Virus record (IMG/VR): IMGVR_UViG_3300033067_002132
Span: 1-64,000 of that record
Source of the DNA: a virus
Taxonomy: Duplodnaviria; Caudoviricetes
Length of the DNA stretch: 64,000 nucleotides
Reading direction: 5' to 3' (one strand)
Shown: positions 37,859-48,818 of the stretch, piece after piece
Layout of the letters: each line of letters starts with the position of its first letter
Numbering within the stretch: the stretch's first letter is position 1
The notes under the pieces: generated by a model
What the model was told of the DNA's origin: nothing
The model's database searches: none
The model's input: only the letters and a program-made list of their open reading frames with translations
Program-made: the position numbers and the translations under genes

Positions 37859-38650
37859 ATGTGCCGACTTGCTGCTTTTCCCCCTAATTTTCCACGAGAC
37901 GAAGCTATCGAAATCTTAAAAGATTTTGAAAAATGTAATACCGATGGAACAGGATATGTTTATTTAGATGACGGCGATTTTAAAGTTTATAAATGGCCGA
38001 ATTCATTAACTGAAGTTTTAGAGGCTATTCCCGATAAGTTTTTAGGGCATATGCCTTATAGTAATGGGTGGACGCTTGTTCACTTACGCGCAGCTTCTCA
38101 TGGCGAGGTTGCATATCGAAACACGCATCCTTTTGTAATTAATAATTTAGCTTTTATTCATAATGGCATGTGGCATGAATATGATATTGCTAGAGTTTTA
38201 TTGCAAAAAATGGGTGTTAAATTAAAAGGCGAAACAGATTCAGAAGTCGCCGGTCAATTATTTGATCTTATTGGACCTAAAAAATTTACTGAAACTATTC
38301 AAGGTTCCGGTGTTTTTATGGGTTTAAAAAGAAATGGTAAATTATGGGTTTCTAAAACTAGTGGCGAATTAGAATTTAAAAAATTCGAAGGAAATCATAA
38401 ATACGTTTTAGCATCTGAATTCCCTGTTTTATCTAAATCTCGACGTGTTGTAAATGGCTGGTATTGTTTTGATAAAAATGGTGAATTAATTAAAAAATAT
38501 CAAGATCCTCTAGACAAAGCGGTAAAAACGAGTTCTACTCATGGGTGGTTAAGTTCACCCCAACGAACTTATCCATATTTTAACTATAAACCTTCTAATA
38601 AAATAGAAAATATGAGTTTAGAAGAATTTCACGCTCATTTTAGAGATTAA
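37859..38650 (+). CDS. Class II (Ntn) glutamine amidotransferase
   Basis: MCRL, HLRAASHG, NTHPF, HNG, ETDSE. Confidence 0.85.
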   Translation: MCRLAAFPPNFPRDEAIEILKDFEKCNTDGTGYVYLDDGDFKVYKWPNSLTEVLEAIPDKFLGHMPYSNGWTLVHLRAASHGEVAYRNTHPFVINNLAFIHNGMWHEYDIARVLLQKMGVKLKGETDSEVAGQLFDLIGPKKFTETIQGSGVFMGLKRNGKLWVSKTSGELEFKKFEGNHKYVLASEFPVLSKSRRVVNGWYCFDKNGELIKKYQDPLDKAVKTSSTHGWLSSPQRTYPYFNYKPSNKIENMSLEEFHAHFRD

Positions 38651-38655
38651 ATGTT

Positions 38656-39360
38656 ATGCCTATTCAAATTTTAACAATTGATTCCGAATTAAGATCTGCG
38701 GAAAGTATGGGTTATAAAACCTATCTTTATCCTGAAGATGTAAATTATAAATTCCCTGTCATTCGATGGGGAAATTCAATGGAATATATCGGGTCTAATT
38801 GTACATATAATTATGAATTTGAAAAGGTTTATAATCCTAGAAAAGCAATTCGATTAAATTGTGATAAATTGCAATCTAAAAAAAGCATTTCTGAATGCGT
38901 AAAAATTCCTAAACTTTATACTAAAGAAGTCCCGCTCAATGTATTATGCGTAATTAGAGAGATTAATCATAGTTGTGGAGATAATTTTCATGTTAAATTG
39001 GGTCCTGTTAAATTAACCAGAGATCAATATGCGGCAGAATTTTTACAAACAGATACAGAGTTGAGAGTTTGGTTTGCTTTAGGTAAAACTCTGGGCGCTT
39101 ATAGAGTTCCTCTTAGAAGTAATAAAATTACTAAATATCCATGCCGTAGCGGTTGGGGATATTCATATACTTCTATTTCTAAAGAATTATCTAATTCTGT
39201 AATTAAAGCAGCAAAGATTATCGGATTAGATTTTGGCGCGGCGGATATTTTAAAATATCAAGACGAATATTATTTTCTTGAATTAAATTCCGCTCCAAGC
39301 GTAGATCATCCCGTCGTTCGCGAATTTTTTCAAAAACAAATTAATACTATTAAAGCATGA
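38656..39360 (+). CDS. ATP-grasp ligase
   Basis: IRWG, GLDFGAADI, LELNSAP. Confidence 0.8.
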   Translation: MPIQILTIDSELRSAESMGYKTYLYPEDVNYKFPVIRWGNSMEYIGSNCTYNYEFEKVYNPRKAIRLNCDKLQSKKSISECVKIPKLYTKEVPLNVLCVIREINHSCGDNFHVKLGPVKLTRDQYAAEFLQTDTELRVWFALGKTLGAYRVPLRSNKITKYPCRSGWGYSYTSISKELSNSVIKAAKIIGLDFGAADILKYQDEYYFLELNSAPSVDHPVVREFFQKQINTIKA

Positions 39361-39839
39361 AAATTACCGATACTCATATTTATTTTTTCGGTGCAGAAGA
39401 TTTTCTTTCTAATTTCTACCCATACGAAACTAAAGAAGGAAGAATTACCACTTCTGAAAAAACCTTTATGGTTTTAAAAGCTTTATTTTTTGAAGATCCA
39501 GAAACCGCCGATTTAATAGAAAAAAGTCAAAGTCCCGCCGAAGCTAAAAAACTTGGTCGCCAAATTAAGAATTTTAATAAAGAGGCTTGGGATAATTTTT
39601 CGAGACTAGTAATGAAAGGTTGTTTATTGGTTAAATTTCAAAATAAAGAATTAGAAAAGAAATTATTAGATACGGGGAATCGAATTCTTGTAGAAGCGGC
39701 GCCAAATGATTTAATTTGGGGTGTCGGATTAGATCAAAATGATCCGCTTATTTTAGATGAAAAGAATTGGCGCGGAACGAATTATTTAGGATCTTTATTA
39801 ATGATGGTTAGGGAAGAAATTAAAAAAGAATTATCCTAA
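39357..39839 (+). CDS. NADAR (YbiA-like) protein
   Basis: LSNFY, K.LGR, KFQN, LVEA.P.D.IWGVG, G.NYLG.LLM.VRE. Confidence 0.9.
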   Translation: MKITDTHIYFFGAEDFLSNFYPYETKEGRITTSEKTFMVLKALFFEDPETADLIEKSQSPAEAKKLGRQIKNFNKEAWDNFSRLVMKGCLLVKFQNKELEKKLLDTGNRILVEAAPNDLIWGVGLDQNDPLILDEKNWRGTNYLGSLLMMVREEIKKELS

Positions 39840-40120
39840 ATAAAAGTTCTATAATATGAAAGTCATAGTAAAAAGAGGAAAAGATAAATATAAAATTATT
39901 GATGAAAAGAAATTAATAATTAATAGAAATACGCCTGTTGGGGAAGACGCAGACTTTTATGAGAAAAAACCATATGGCGGGAAAAAAATGATAGATCCAT
40001 TAGTTATAATAGGAGAATATGGTATAGAACACACAAAATATAAAGTTTTTGATTACGAAAAGAATAAATGGGTTATTTCAGAAAGATGTCCAAAATCTTT
40101 AATCGAATTTATTAAAAATA

Positions 40121-40378
40121 ATGAAAACCAAAAATAATAAAGCTTTTACTTTAATTGAATTATTAATGGTAATAATTATTATTGCTATTTTATTTTCTTT
40201 AATTTTTCCCGTTTTAATGAAGTTTTTCACTGGATCGCACGCTTTATTAAATGGAATTTATTTATCTCATAATGATAGAATCGCCTATTTGGCGGAAAAT
40301 ATAGGAAAAGATAATCCTTTTTATTTTGATTATTCGATTACAAATGATTTTAGAAAAGTGTGGTCAACGTATGAATAA
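40121..40378 (+). CDS. Prepilin-type N-terminal cleavage/methylation protein
   Basis: KAFTLIELLMVIIIIAILFSLIFP. Confidence 0.8.
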   Translation: MKTKNNKAFTLIELLMVIIIIAILFSLIFPVLMKFFTGSHALLNGIYLSHNDRIAYLAENIGKDNPFYFDYSITNDFRKVWSTYE

Positions 40379-40492
40379 TGAAGATATAAATTTAGTACCT
40401 TTAAGAGTAGATTTATATTTAATTATGTTTTTTTTAGCGATTGTAATAATTGCGTTGAAATTATATATTTATTTATAAATAATATTAGAATT

Positions 40493-40894
40493 ATGAATGA
40501 TCCATATACGAATACAGATTTTTGCGTCCAAAGATTAATTAAATATTATAAAGAACACGGTAATCTTATTGTAGCTTTTGATTGGGACGATACTTGCCAT
40601 GATTGGCACAATAAAAGTTTTAGATATCCCCGAGTTATCGAATTACTTAAACGTTGTAATAAGCATAATTTCAGATTAATTCCTTATACTGCCGCGACAC
40701 TTGACAGATACGAAAAAATCCGTCAAGATATAGCTTCTATTGGCATATACGCCGAAGAAATTAATAAAAACCCTGTAGAATTGGTTGGAAATAACGGAAA
40801 AATTTATTATAATATTCTTTTAGATGACCGTGCGGGACTTGGACAAGCGGTAGAGATTTTAGAAACAACTTTAGATATTATTGAGAAGAGTTAA
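40493..40894 (+). CDS. HAD-like protein
   Basis: VAFDWDDT, KIYYNILLDDRAGL. Confidence 0.7.
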   Translation: MNDPYTNTDFCVQRLIKYYKEHGNLIVAFDWDDTCHDWHNKSFRYPRVIELLKRCNKHNFRLIPYTAATLDRYEKIRQDIASIGIYAEEINKNPVELVGNNGKIYYNILLDDRAGLGQAVEILETTLDIIEKS

Positions 40895-41510
40895 TTAAAT
40901 TAGATTTAGTAATTCTACAATTTATACCATTAAATATATAACTCTTTTTAAGATTATCTTTTTGCCATAATGGCTGCATATTCTTGTAATGAAAACATAT
41001 TCTTTGATTTTCTTCTTTAGATAAATCAAAATCACAACAAGGGCGAATATGATCAATATGCCATTTATTTTCGCCTACACCATAATTATCCCATGACATT
41101 CCTTCAATAAATAAAGATTCTAAATATTTTTTAAATTCTATAAATGAACATCCTAATAAATTTTGTGTATGATCAGATTTATAACCATCAATAATTACAT
41201 GATTTATTCTACGTCGTAAATTTCGTTTAATTTTAAAAATAGGATTATTTTTATTTTTAATTTCCCAATTGCGTTTATGATTTTTAATTTTTTCTTTATT
41301 CGTCTTTCTATATTTTAAATCATATTCTGCTTTCTTTTCTTTATTTTTTATTGTATATTCTCTATTTTTTATAGAAATTTTTTCTTTATTTTTATCTCGA
41401 TATTCTTTTCTACATGTAAAGCACATTAAATTCATTTTATCTTTTTGTTTATTATCTAATCCAAACTCAGACAATTCTTTATTCTTTTTACATCGACAAC
41501 AAATTTTCAT
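40878..41510 (-). CDS. HNH-like homing endonuclease
   Basis: LGCS...MSWDNYG..WHIDHIRPC..FDL...CFHYKNMQPLW..DN..K. Confidence 0.85.
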   Translation of the reverse strand: MKICCRCKKNKELSEFGLDNKQKDKMNLMCFTCRKEYRDKNKEKISIKNREYTIKNKEKKAEYDLKYRKTNKEKIKNHKRNWEIKNKNNPIFKIKRNLRRRINHVIIDGYKSDHTQNLLGCSFIEFKKYLESLFIEGMSWDNYGVGENKWHIDHIRPCCDFDLSKEENQRICFHYKNMQPLWQKDNLKKSYIFNGINCRITKSNLINSSQ

Positions 41511-41590
41511 AAACTATATTACACTATGATCCGTACTATAGGGACCTAAAAACTTGACAAATCATTTTTCTCTGATATCATATACAAATC

Positions 41591-43078
41591 ATGAAACCGA
41601 ATCCGATTACCACAATTGACCTTTATAAAACGAATCATATTAATTTTTATGACGAAAAATTAAGTATGATTTATCAGAATTTTACTCCCAGATCTACAAA
41701 GTATCTTCCTAAAGTAGATAAAACTGACGATAAAGTTGTATTGGTTGGTTTACAATATTATTTAAAATATTGGTTAAATGAAGTTTGGAATAATGAATTT
41801 TTCAATAAACCGAAATCGGTTGTTATTGATAAATATAAACGCCGAATGAATGGATGTTTAGGCGAAGGAAATTATCCTTTTTATCATTTAGAAAATCTTC
41901 ATGATTTAGGATATTTACCGTTAAGTATTAAAGCGTTACCTGAAGGATCAGTAGTAAATGCAGGAATTCCATTTTTTACTATTAAAAATACCCATGATGA
42001 TTTTAGTTGGGTTCCTGGATTTTTAGAAGATACAATTTCTGATTTAATTTGGCGGACAGCTACTAGTGCAACTATTTCACGTAAATACAAGCAAGTCGCA
42101 ATGTATTATGCTAAAGAAACCACCGATGATTATACTTATGTTGATTATTTTTATCATGATTTTCAACTTCGCGGAACAGGCGGTGTCCAAGATGCTATGA
42201 TGTCGGGAGCCGGCCATTTATTTAATTTTTATGGTTCTGATAATGTTCCTGCAATGGATTTTCTTGAAGATTATTATAATGCAGATCCTACAAAAGAAAT
42301 TATTGGAGTAGGAGTTGTTGCAAACGAACATTCTTGCGTTTGTTCAGGCGGAAAAGAAAACGAATTTAAGAATTATCAAAAATGGATTACAAAAACATTT
42401 CCTAAAGGAATCCTTTCGCTTGTAAGTGATACTTGGTCTCTTTGGAATGTTATTACAAATTATCTTCCGAAATTAAAAGAAGAAATTATTAAAAGAGATG
42501 GAAAAGTCGTAATTCGTCCTGACAGTTCTCCTAAAACTCCTTTAGAAATTATTTGTGGTGATCCAGAGGCACCAATTGGTAGTCCTGAATATAAAGGGGC
42601 AATACAATTATTATGGGAAATTTTTGGCGGAAAAACGAATAAAAAAGGATATAAAGAATTAAGTGAAAAAATTTCTTTGATCTATGGGGAAGCTATCTCT
42701 GTACAATTAGCCGATAAAATCTATAAAAAATTAAAAGAACAAGGGTTTGCTGCAAACAATGTTGTTTTTGGTATCGGTAGTGGATCATTTCTTTATGGTA
42801 TTACTAGGGACACTTGTTCCTGGGCTTGTAAAGCTACCCATTGTATTATTGATGGAGAATCTAGAGAGATTTTTAAAGATCCTATTACTGATACAGGTAT
42901 GAAAAAATCCGCAAAAGGTCTCCTTCGCGTTGATAAAATTAACGGTGAATTCGTCCTAAAAGATTGTTGTACGCCAGAAGAAGAGGCGGGCGGCGAATTA
43001 AAAGAAGTTTATCGTGATGGAAAGCTTTTGGTCGATCAAACGTTGCAAGAAATTCGTGAACGTGTGAAAAATAGTTAA
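41591..43078 (+). CDS. Nicotinamide phosphoribosyltransferase-like (candidate NARP1 Namat)
   Basis: DLYKTNH, HDFQLRG, ANEHS, LVSDTW, VIRPDS, KKSAKG. Confidence 0.9.
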   Translation: MKPNPITTIDLYKTNHINFYDEKLSMIYQNFTPRSTKYLPKVDKTDDKVVLVGLQYYLKYWLNEVWNNEFFNKPKSVVIDKYKRRMNGCLGEGNYPFYHLENLHDLGYLPLSIKALPEGSVVNAGIPFFTIKNTHDDFSWVPGFLEDTISDLIWRTATSATISRKYKQVAMYYAKETTDDYTYVDYFYHDFQLRGTGGVQDAMMSGAGHLFNFYGSDNVPAMDFLEDYYNADPTKEIIGVGVVANEHSCVCSGGKENEFKNYQKWITKTFPKGILSLVSDTWSLWNVITNYLPKLKEEIIKRDGKVVIRPDSSPKTPLEIICGDPEAPIGSPEYKGAIQLLWEIFGGKTNKKGYKELSEKISLIYGEAISVQLADKIYKKLKEQGFAANNVVFGIGSGSFLYGITRDTCSWACKATHCIIDGESREIFKDPITDTGMKKSAKGLLRVDKINGEFVLKDCCTPEEEAGGELKEVYRDGKLLVDQTLQEIRERVKNS

Positions 43079-43119
43079 TTCTTGACAAAACATATAAAAA
43101 GATTATAATATCAAAAAAT

Positions 43120-43671
43120 ATGAATAAAACTCTTACTACTTTAATCGCAATTGCAGGTGTCGGTTTAATCACCGTGGCAATTTTTGCATTCTCTTTAATT
43201 GGTTTTCATAATAAAGAGGTAAAATTACGTAATTTAATTACAAATAAACAAACTGATAATAAAAATGAAATGGATCGAATGTGGAAAATTATCAGTCAAA
43301 ACGCTCAAGTTACCGATATGCAAAAATCGGCGCTAATGGATATTTTTAATTCTTATGCGACGGCGCGAGCGGGAAGTGGCGGCGGTTCTTTAGCTAATTG
43401 GATTAAGGAAGCGGTCCCGAACGTGGATCAAAAGACATTTCTTAATTTACAAAATACTATTTCCGCCGAACGTGCAGGATTCGCCAATCGACAAAAAGAA
43501 ATTCTTGATTTCAAGCGAGAACACGATAATGTAATTACGACTTTTCCTAATAATATGTATGCGGCGATTTTAAATAGACAAAAAATCGATGTAGTTATTG
43601 TAACCTCTACCCGTACAGAAGACGCATTCAAAAGTGGAAAAGACGACGACATTAATCTAATTAAAAAGTAA
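43120..43671 (+). CDS. LemA-like membrane-anchored protein
   Basis: N-terminal TM helix; I...R..F...Q....D..R......TFP pattern. Confidence 0.55.
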   Translation: MNKTLTTLIAIAGVGLITVAIFAFSLIGFHNKEVKLRNLITNKQTDNKNEMDRMWKIISQNAQVTDMQKSALMDIFNSYATARAGSGGGSLANWIKEAVPNVDQKTFLNLQNTISAERAGFANRQKEILDFKREHDNVITTFPNNMYAAILNRQKIDVVIVTSTRTEDAFKSGKDDDINLIKK

Positions 43672-43674
43672 AAT

Positions 43675-44889
43675 ATGTACCTATTTTGGCTATTAGCCTT
43701 AATTCCAATTATTATTGGCGCGGTAATTTTTGTAAAAAGTAAAGAAATTAATCTATTAGAATTTGGAATTGGTACGGGCGTTTGTTTACTTCTCGCCCTT
43801 ATTTTTCAAGTTATCTCTATTTTTACAGAAACAGGAGATTATGAAACTATTAGTGGTCAAATAATTAGAGTAGAGCACCATCCTAGATGGGTAGAACGAT
43901 ACACACTACACCATTCAGAAACTTATACAACTGGATCAGGTAAAAATCAAAGAACTCATACGCGGCATTGGACGACAACCGAATATGATACGCATTCTGA
44001 ACATTGGAAAGGTTGTGCGGATTTTGGCGAATTCGGCGAAATTTGTGAAAATATTTCAGAAGAAAATTATTCTTCAATTGGATTAGAATTTGGAAATAAA
44101 TCTTTTACTTATGGAAAACAATCCGCCGATCATTTTGGCGGAACTAAATCTTCTGGTGATAATAATATTTACGCAATTAATAATGAAACATTAGTAACCG
44201 TTCCGGCTATTAGTTCTAAATTTTTTAGAAACTATATTAAAGCAAGTCCCTCATTATTTAGTTTTAGTCAAGTACCTACAAATATTAATATTTATCCATA
44301 TCCTGAAAACAATTCTTTTCTTGTTTCAGAAAGATTAATTGGAACGGCGCAAAATTTAATTAATGCGCGAAAATTCGATGAAATTAATGCGCGTCTTGGA
44401 CCAAAGAAATTAGTAAATGTAATTCTCGTAGGATTTAATGAGAAAAATCAGGATTTGGGTCAATACCAACAGGCCGCTTGGGTTGGTGGGAAAAAGAATG
44501 ATTTAGTTCTGTGCTTCGGCGGTGCAAATCGTTCTCATGGAGCAACCTGGGCATATGTTTTCGGTTGGACAGAAAAAGAGATTGTCAAAAAGAATTTAGA
44601 GACTATACTTCTTGAGTCTCCTATGAACGAGGAGATTTTACCTAAAATTGAACAAGAAATTGTAAGAAATTATCAAATTAAAGATTGGTCCAAATTTAGC
44701 TATATTAGCGTAGAACCGCCGACTTGGATGTATATTGTTTATTTTGTAGTAATGATTGGAACGCAGGCTGGATTATACATTCATTTTCATAATAACGAAT
44801 ATAGTAAAGATGGTATTTCTTATTTTAAATCAAATTATGCAAGCATGGCCACTTATCCAAAGAATCGATTCAACAGATTCAAACGTTAG
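43675..44889 (+). CDS. Membrane protein with large extracytoplasmic domain
   Basis: 2 N-terminal + 1 C-terminal TM; W.GGKKND motif. Confidence 0.65.
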   Translation: MYLFWLLALIPIIIGAVIFVKSKEINLLEFGIGTGVCLLLALIFQVISIFTETGDYETISGQIIRVEHHPRWVERYTLHHSETYTTGSGKNQRTHTRHWTTTEYDTHSEHWKGCADFGEFGEICENISEENYSSIGLEFGNKSFTYGKQSADHFGGTKSSGDNNIYAINNETLVTVPAISSKFFRNYIKASPSLFSFSQVPTNINIYPYPENNSFLVSERLIGTAQNLINARKFDEINARLGPKKLVNVILVGFNEKNQDLGQYQQAAWVGGKKNDLVLCFGGANRSHGATWAYVFGWTEKEIVKKNLETILLESPMNEEILPKIEQEIVRNYQIKDWSKFSYISVEPPTWMYIVYFVVMIGTQAGLYIHFHNNEYSKDGISYFKSNYASMATYPKNRFNRFKR

Positions 44890-45775
44890 TAAATTTGTTT
44901 TTACAAAATCTAATGCTGTTGTAGAATCTGTATTATATAAATATCCTACGTATGAAGAACGAACTGTTATTTGTTGTTCAACAGAGTCAGGATGTCGCCA
45001 AGGTTGCCGTTTTTGTGGAACGGGAGATTATTTTGTTAGATCTTTAACCGCGCAAGAGATTGTAGAACAACCAGAATATTTATTATCACAGATAGGAATC
45101 GATCCATCGAAAATTAATAAACTTCAAATTATGTTTATGTCGATGGGTGAACCAATGATGAATTGGCAAAATTTAAAAGAAGCATTAAAAACGTTATATT
45201 TTAAATATCCGCACGCAAAACTGTTAATTAGTACCTCTGCTCCTATTCGACCCGAAGCATTTAAAGAATTAAATGACTTATCAGTAGAAATTCCTACTAT
45301 TGGTCTTCAATTTTCTGTACATGAGAGTACAAATGAAAAACGTAAACAATTAATTCCTGGCGGTACTTTAACTTTAGAAGAAATTTCAAAAACCGGAATT
45401 GAATGGTTTAATAAAACAGGAAGAAATCCATTTTTTAATTATTGTGTTCATCCAAAAAACAATTCTGATCTTGATATAGAAAATATTTTAAAATTTTTCG
45501 ATCCAACCGTTTGGCAAGCAACGCTTTCTGTTATTTGTGAGCGTGAAGAAAATGTTGCAGCGGCGAACGAACGTCAAAGACAATTAGCTTTAGATTTTTC
45601 TGATAAATTGTTAAATAAAGGATATTCTGTAAGAGTTTTTAATCCTGCTGGGCAAGATGATATTTCAGCGGGATGCGGCCAATTATGGTTCGTACAAAAA
45701 TGGATTAGAGAAAATCCACAATTTGCAAAAAGAAGTGCAGGATTTAATTTACCTAAAGTACATACCCCAAGATAA
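44837..45775 (+). CDS. RlmN/Cfr-like radical SAM RNA methyltransferase
   Basis: GCRQGCRFCGTG, MSMGEP, C-terminal DISAGCGQL. Confidence 0.85.
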   Translation: MQAWPLIQRIDSTDSNVSKFVFTKSNAVVESVLYKYPTYEERTVICCSTESGCRQGCRFCGTGDYFVRSLTAQEIVEQPEYLLSQIGIDPSKINKLQIMFMSMGEPMMNWQNLKEALKTLYFKYPHAKLLISTSAPIRPEAFKELNDLSVEIPTIGLQFSVHESTNEKRKQLIPGGTLTLEEISKTGIEWFNKTGRNPFFNYCVHPKNNSDLDIENILKFFDPTVWQATLSVICEREENVAAANERQRQLALDFSDKLLNKGYSVRVFNPAGQDDISAGCGQLWFVQKWIRENPQFAKRSAGFNLPKVHTPR

Positions 45776-45853
45776 ATAATTAGTGACGAAATGATTCATA
45801 CGCTACAATAAATATCATTTGACTAAAATCGAAATTCGATATAATCTTATTCC

Positions 45854-46492
45854 ATGTCATTCTTAAACAAAGAAATCGTATTAGTATTAAATTCACTGTG
45901 GATGCCAATAGGCAAGACTACCGTGCGCCAAGCTATTAAAAAGCTTTATAAAACAAGCGATGGCACCAATATGTCTGGGCGCGGAGTTGCTCTTGATTAT
46001 AATTTAGATGAAAATGGAAATCCAGATTGGGCTAATCCTATTAGTTATGTTGATGTAGAAATCGACGAATGGATTAATTTAGAAGTTCGCCCGTTTGATC
46101 CTTGGATTGACGGTGCCCGAATGAAAGTTCGCGCCCCAACGATTATTATTGCAAAAAACTACTCTGATATTCCTATGCGTGAGCTTAAGCCTACACCGAC
46201 GAATATCTTTAAACGGGATAATTATACCTGTCAATATTCAGGAAGAAAACTTCCTCGTAATAAGCTTAATTTGGATCATGTAACGCCAAAATCCCGTGGA
46301 GGAAAAAATAGTTGGAATAATCTTGTTACTTGTGCTAAAGATCTTAACTTTAAAAAAGGTGATAAAACCCCGCACGAAGCTGGATTAAGATTATTAAGTA
46401 CGCCACGCGCACCAAAAGAAAAGCCCGCGCCCTTTCTTATTACCGAAGCAGAACATCCTAGCTGGATTCCGTTTATTATTGTTAAAAAATAA
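45854..46492 (+). CDS. HNH endonuclease (McrA-like)
   Basis: VLVLN, RDNYTCQYSG, DHVTPKSRGGKNSWNNLV. Confidence 0.85.
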   Translation: MSFLNKEIVLVLNSLWMPIGKTTVRQAIKKLYKTSDGTNMSGRGVALDYNLDENGNPDWANPISYVDVEIDEWINLEVRPFDPWIDGARMKVRAPTIIIAKNYSDIPMRELKPTPTNIFKRDNYTCQYSGRKLPRNKLNLDHVTPKSRGGKNSWNNLVTCAKDLNFKKGDKTPHEAGLRLLSTPRAPKEKPAPFLITEAEHPSWIPFIIVKK

Positions 46493-47017
46493 AAGATTAT
46501 GAAAAAAATTCTTATTGGAGATATTATTGTACCATGCTTTTTTATTGTATTACTAATAATAATTATTACAGTAATTTTAACGACAAAACCAAAAGAAAAG
46601 GAAATTGTAATAACAGAATCGACGAGTTTTGAAATTGTGGAAAAAGGAAAATTAAATTACGATCTTTATTATATCTTTAAAGATAAAGAAACGGGGAAAA
46701 AATACATGAAATTAGGTGGTCATCAAAGTCCGCCGATTGAATTAAAATGAAAACAAAAAATCTTACTTTTGCAGATTATTTATGTCTTATTTTTTCGACT
46801 AGTATTATCATTTGTTTTGTATATCTTTTATGTTTATTTTTATCTAAAGTGGAAAATAAAATGAACGTAGAAAAAGTAGAAAAAATACCCGAACGTTTCG
46901 AAATAGTAGAAAAAGGATCAATAAATTATAATAATTATTTTATCTTTAAAGATAAGAAAACAGAAAAAGAATATTTAAAATTTGGTTATAATACCTTTGT
47001 TATTGAATTAAAATAAT

Positions 47018-47548
47018 ATGTCAAAAAATATTCCAATTGTAATTGATGTTGAAAGCGATGGTCCTTGCCCCGGAATGTATTCGATGGTATGCTTTGGAGC
47101 AGTAATCGTAGAGCCGGGACTTAATAGAACCTTTTATGCAAAAACTCGTCCAGTTAATAATTTATTTGTACCTGAAGCTTTGGCGATTAGTGGATTTTCT
47201 CGCGAGGATCATGTAACTTTTGATGATCCTTTAAAAGTAATGAATGAATTTTATCGATGGTTAATGAATAATAAAAATGATCCGGAAGATAGTTATTCTT
47301 TATGGTCCGACAACCCTGTTTATGATGGTCAATTCATGAATTGGTATTTCTTTACCTATTTGGGCCACAATCCTTTAGGATGGTCGGGCCGAAGAATCGC
47401 CGATTTATACGCGGGATATAAACGATATGCCTTCGCTAAATGGAAACATTTACGAAAAACTCCCCATACTCATAACCCTGTAGATGATGCGAAAGGAAAT
47501 GCCGAAGTATTACTTTTACTTTCTAAAGATATTAAAGGACTAGTATGA
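47018..47548 (+). CDS. DEDDh 3'-5' exonuclease
   Basis: IDVESDGP, SDNP.YD, HNPVDDAKG. Confidence 0.85.
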   Translation: MSKNIPIVIDVESDGPCPGMYSMVCFGAVIVEPGLNRTFYAKTRPVNNLFVPEALAISGFSREDHVTFDDPLKVMNEFYRWLMNNKNDPEDSYSLWSDNPVYDGQFMNWYFFTYLGHNPLGWSGRRIADLYAGYKRYAFAKWKHLRKTPHTHNPVDDAKGNAEVLLLLSKDIKGLV

Positions 47549-48254
47549 GAAAAATTAATAAAAAAAAGCGTAAGAAAATTGATAAAGTTCCGCCGTTACC
47601 GTACAGTTTTGCTTATGGGCAAAATTTACCTAGTTATCCAAATGATGTTCCCTCTTGGTATTACGCAGGAGCAAATAAATGTCTAAATTAAATACAGATT
47701 TTTCTGATTTAGATTTACAATATAAAATGATTAATGAATCGGTGACGTTTCTTGAACAAGAAATTAATAAAACTTATAAAGAAATAGAAATCGCCGAATC
47801 TAATTTTGATACGGAAGAATTAAAAGTTTTATATCACCGTTTATATTTCAATATCATTAAATTAAATCTTGAATTAAAAAATCTTGAAAGATGGAAGAAA
47901 GAAAGTATCATTCTATGTCAAAATCAAAAAAGCGAAAGTCTCCTAAAGGATATGAAGTAATTTCTGTCGATAAAAAATATCGATATGGGGTTTTTGACTA
48001 TAGTCCTGTAGGAAAACAAAAAGCTAAAGATTATATTATTCTTTTAAAGAAAAAAATTATTAATAATAAAGAAAAATTTAAAATACATATTGTATGAGTT
48101 TTCCTATAAAACAAAAATTAGCTTATAAATATCAATATTGGCGGCGAAAGTTTTTACTTTTTTTTGGAATCTGTCCAAAATGTGGGACTAAAGTGAATTA
48201 TACAACAATGGGTCGGCCGATTTGTCCTGAATGTTCTCGGTAAAATAAAAAACT

Positions 48255-48812
48255 ATGAAAAAACTACTATTATCTATCTCACTATTATTAACATCATTAT
48301 CATTAATTGCAGGAGATGTTACCGCTGCAAGTTATCGATACGGATATGGAATGCAATTTGTTCCTAATACTGGACGTACATGGTTCTGGAATCCTTCACG
48401 AAATCCTTCTTTTTATTGTCTTTATAAAGTAACTAGAAATGGAAATAATACAAATATAATTGTAACACCAATTACTCCTGTTGCTGGAAATTTAGAAATT
48501 GGTAAATTATATATTTTTCGTCTTATTTTTGATACAGGATATGATTTAAATATGAATAATTCATTTCCACAATCTCCATTGTGTTTAGAATATAATAATG
48601 GAATTTGGAATAGTATTTTACTTCCATGCCCACCTATGCCATTTTTTGATGATCGCATTCATTATACGTATGGAACGGATTATAAAATACAAATGTTAAC
48701 AAATGGACCCGTTGCATTTTTAATAAAAAATTACGTTGTTCGTGCAATTGATGCTCATACAAACCAAGATATTATTAATGGATTAGGTCCTGTTACGCAA
48801 TATTTACCTTAA
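48255..48812 (+). CDS. Secreted hypothetical protein
   Basis: Signal peptide; paralog of 49361. Confidence 0.6.
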   Translation: MKKLLLSISLLLTSLSLIAGDVTAASYRYGYGMQFVPNTGRTWFWNPSRNPSFYCLYKVTRNGNNTNIIVTPITPVAGNLEIGKLYIFRLIFDTGYDLNMNNSFPQSPLCLEYNNGIWNSILLPCPPMPFFDDRIHYTYGTDYKIQMLTNGPVAFLIKNYVVRAIDAHTNQDIINGLGPVTQYLP

Positions 48813-48818
48813 TTATAT

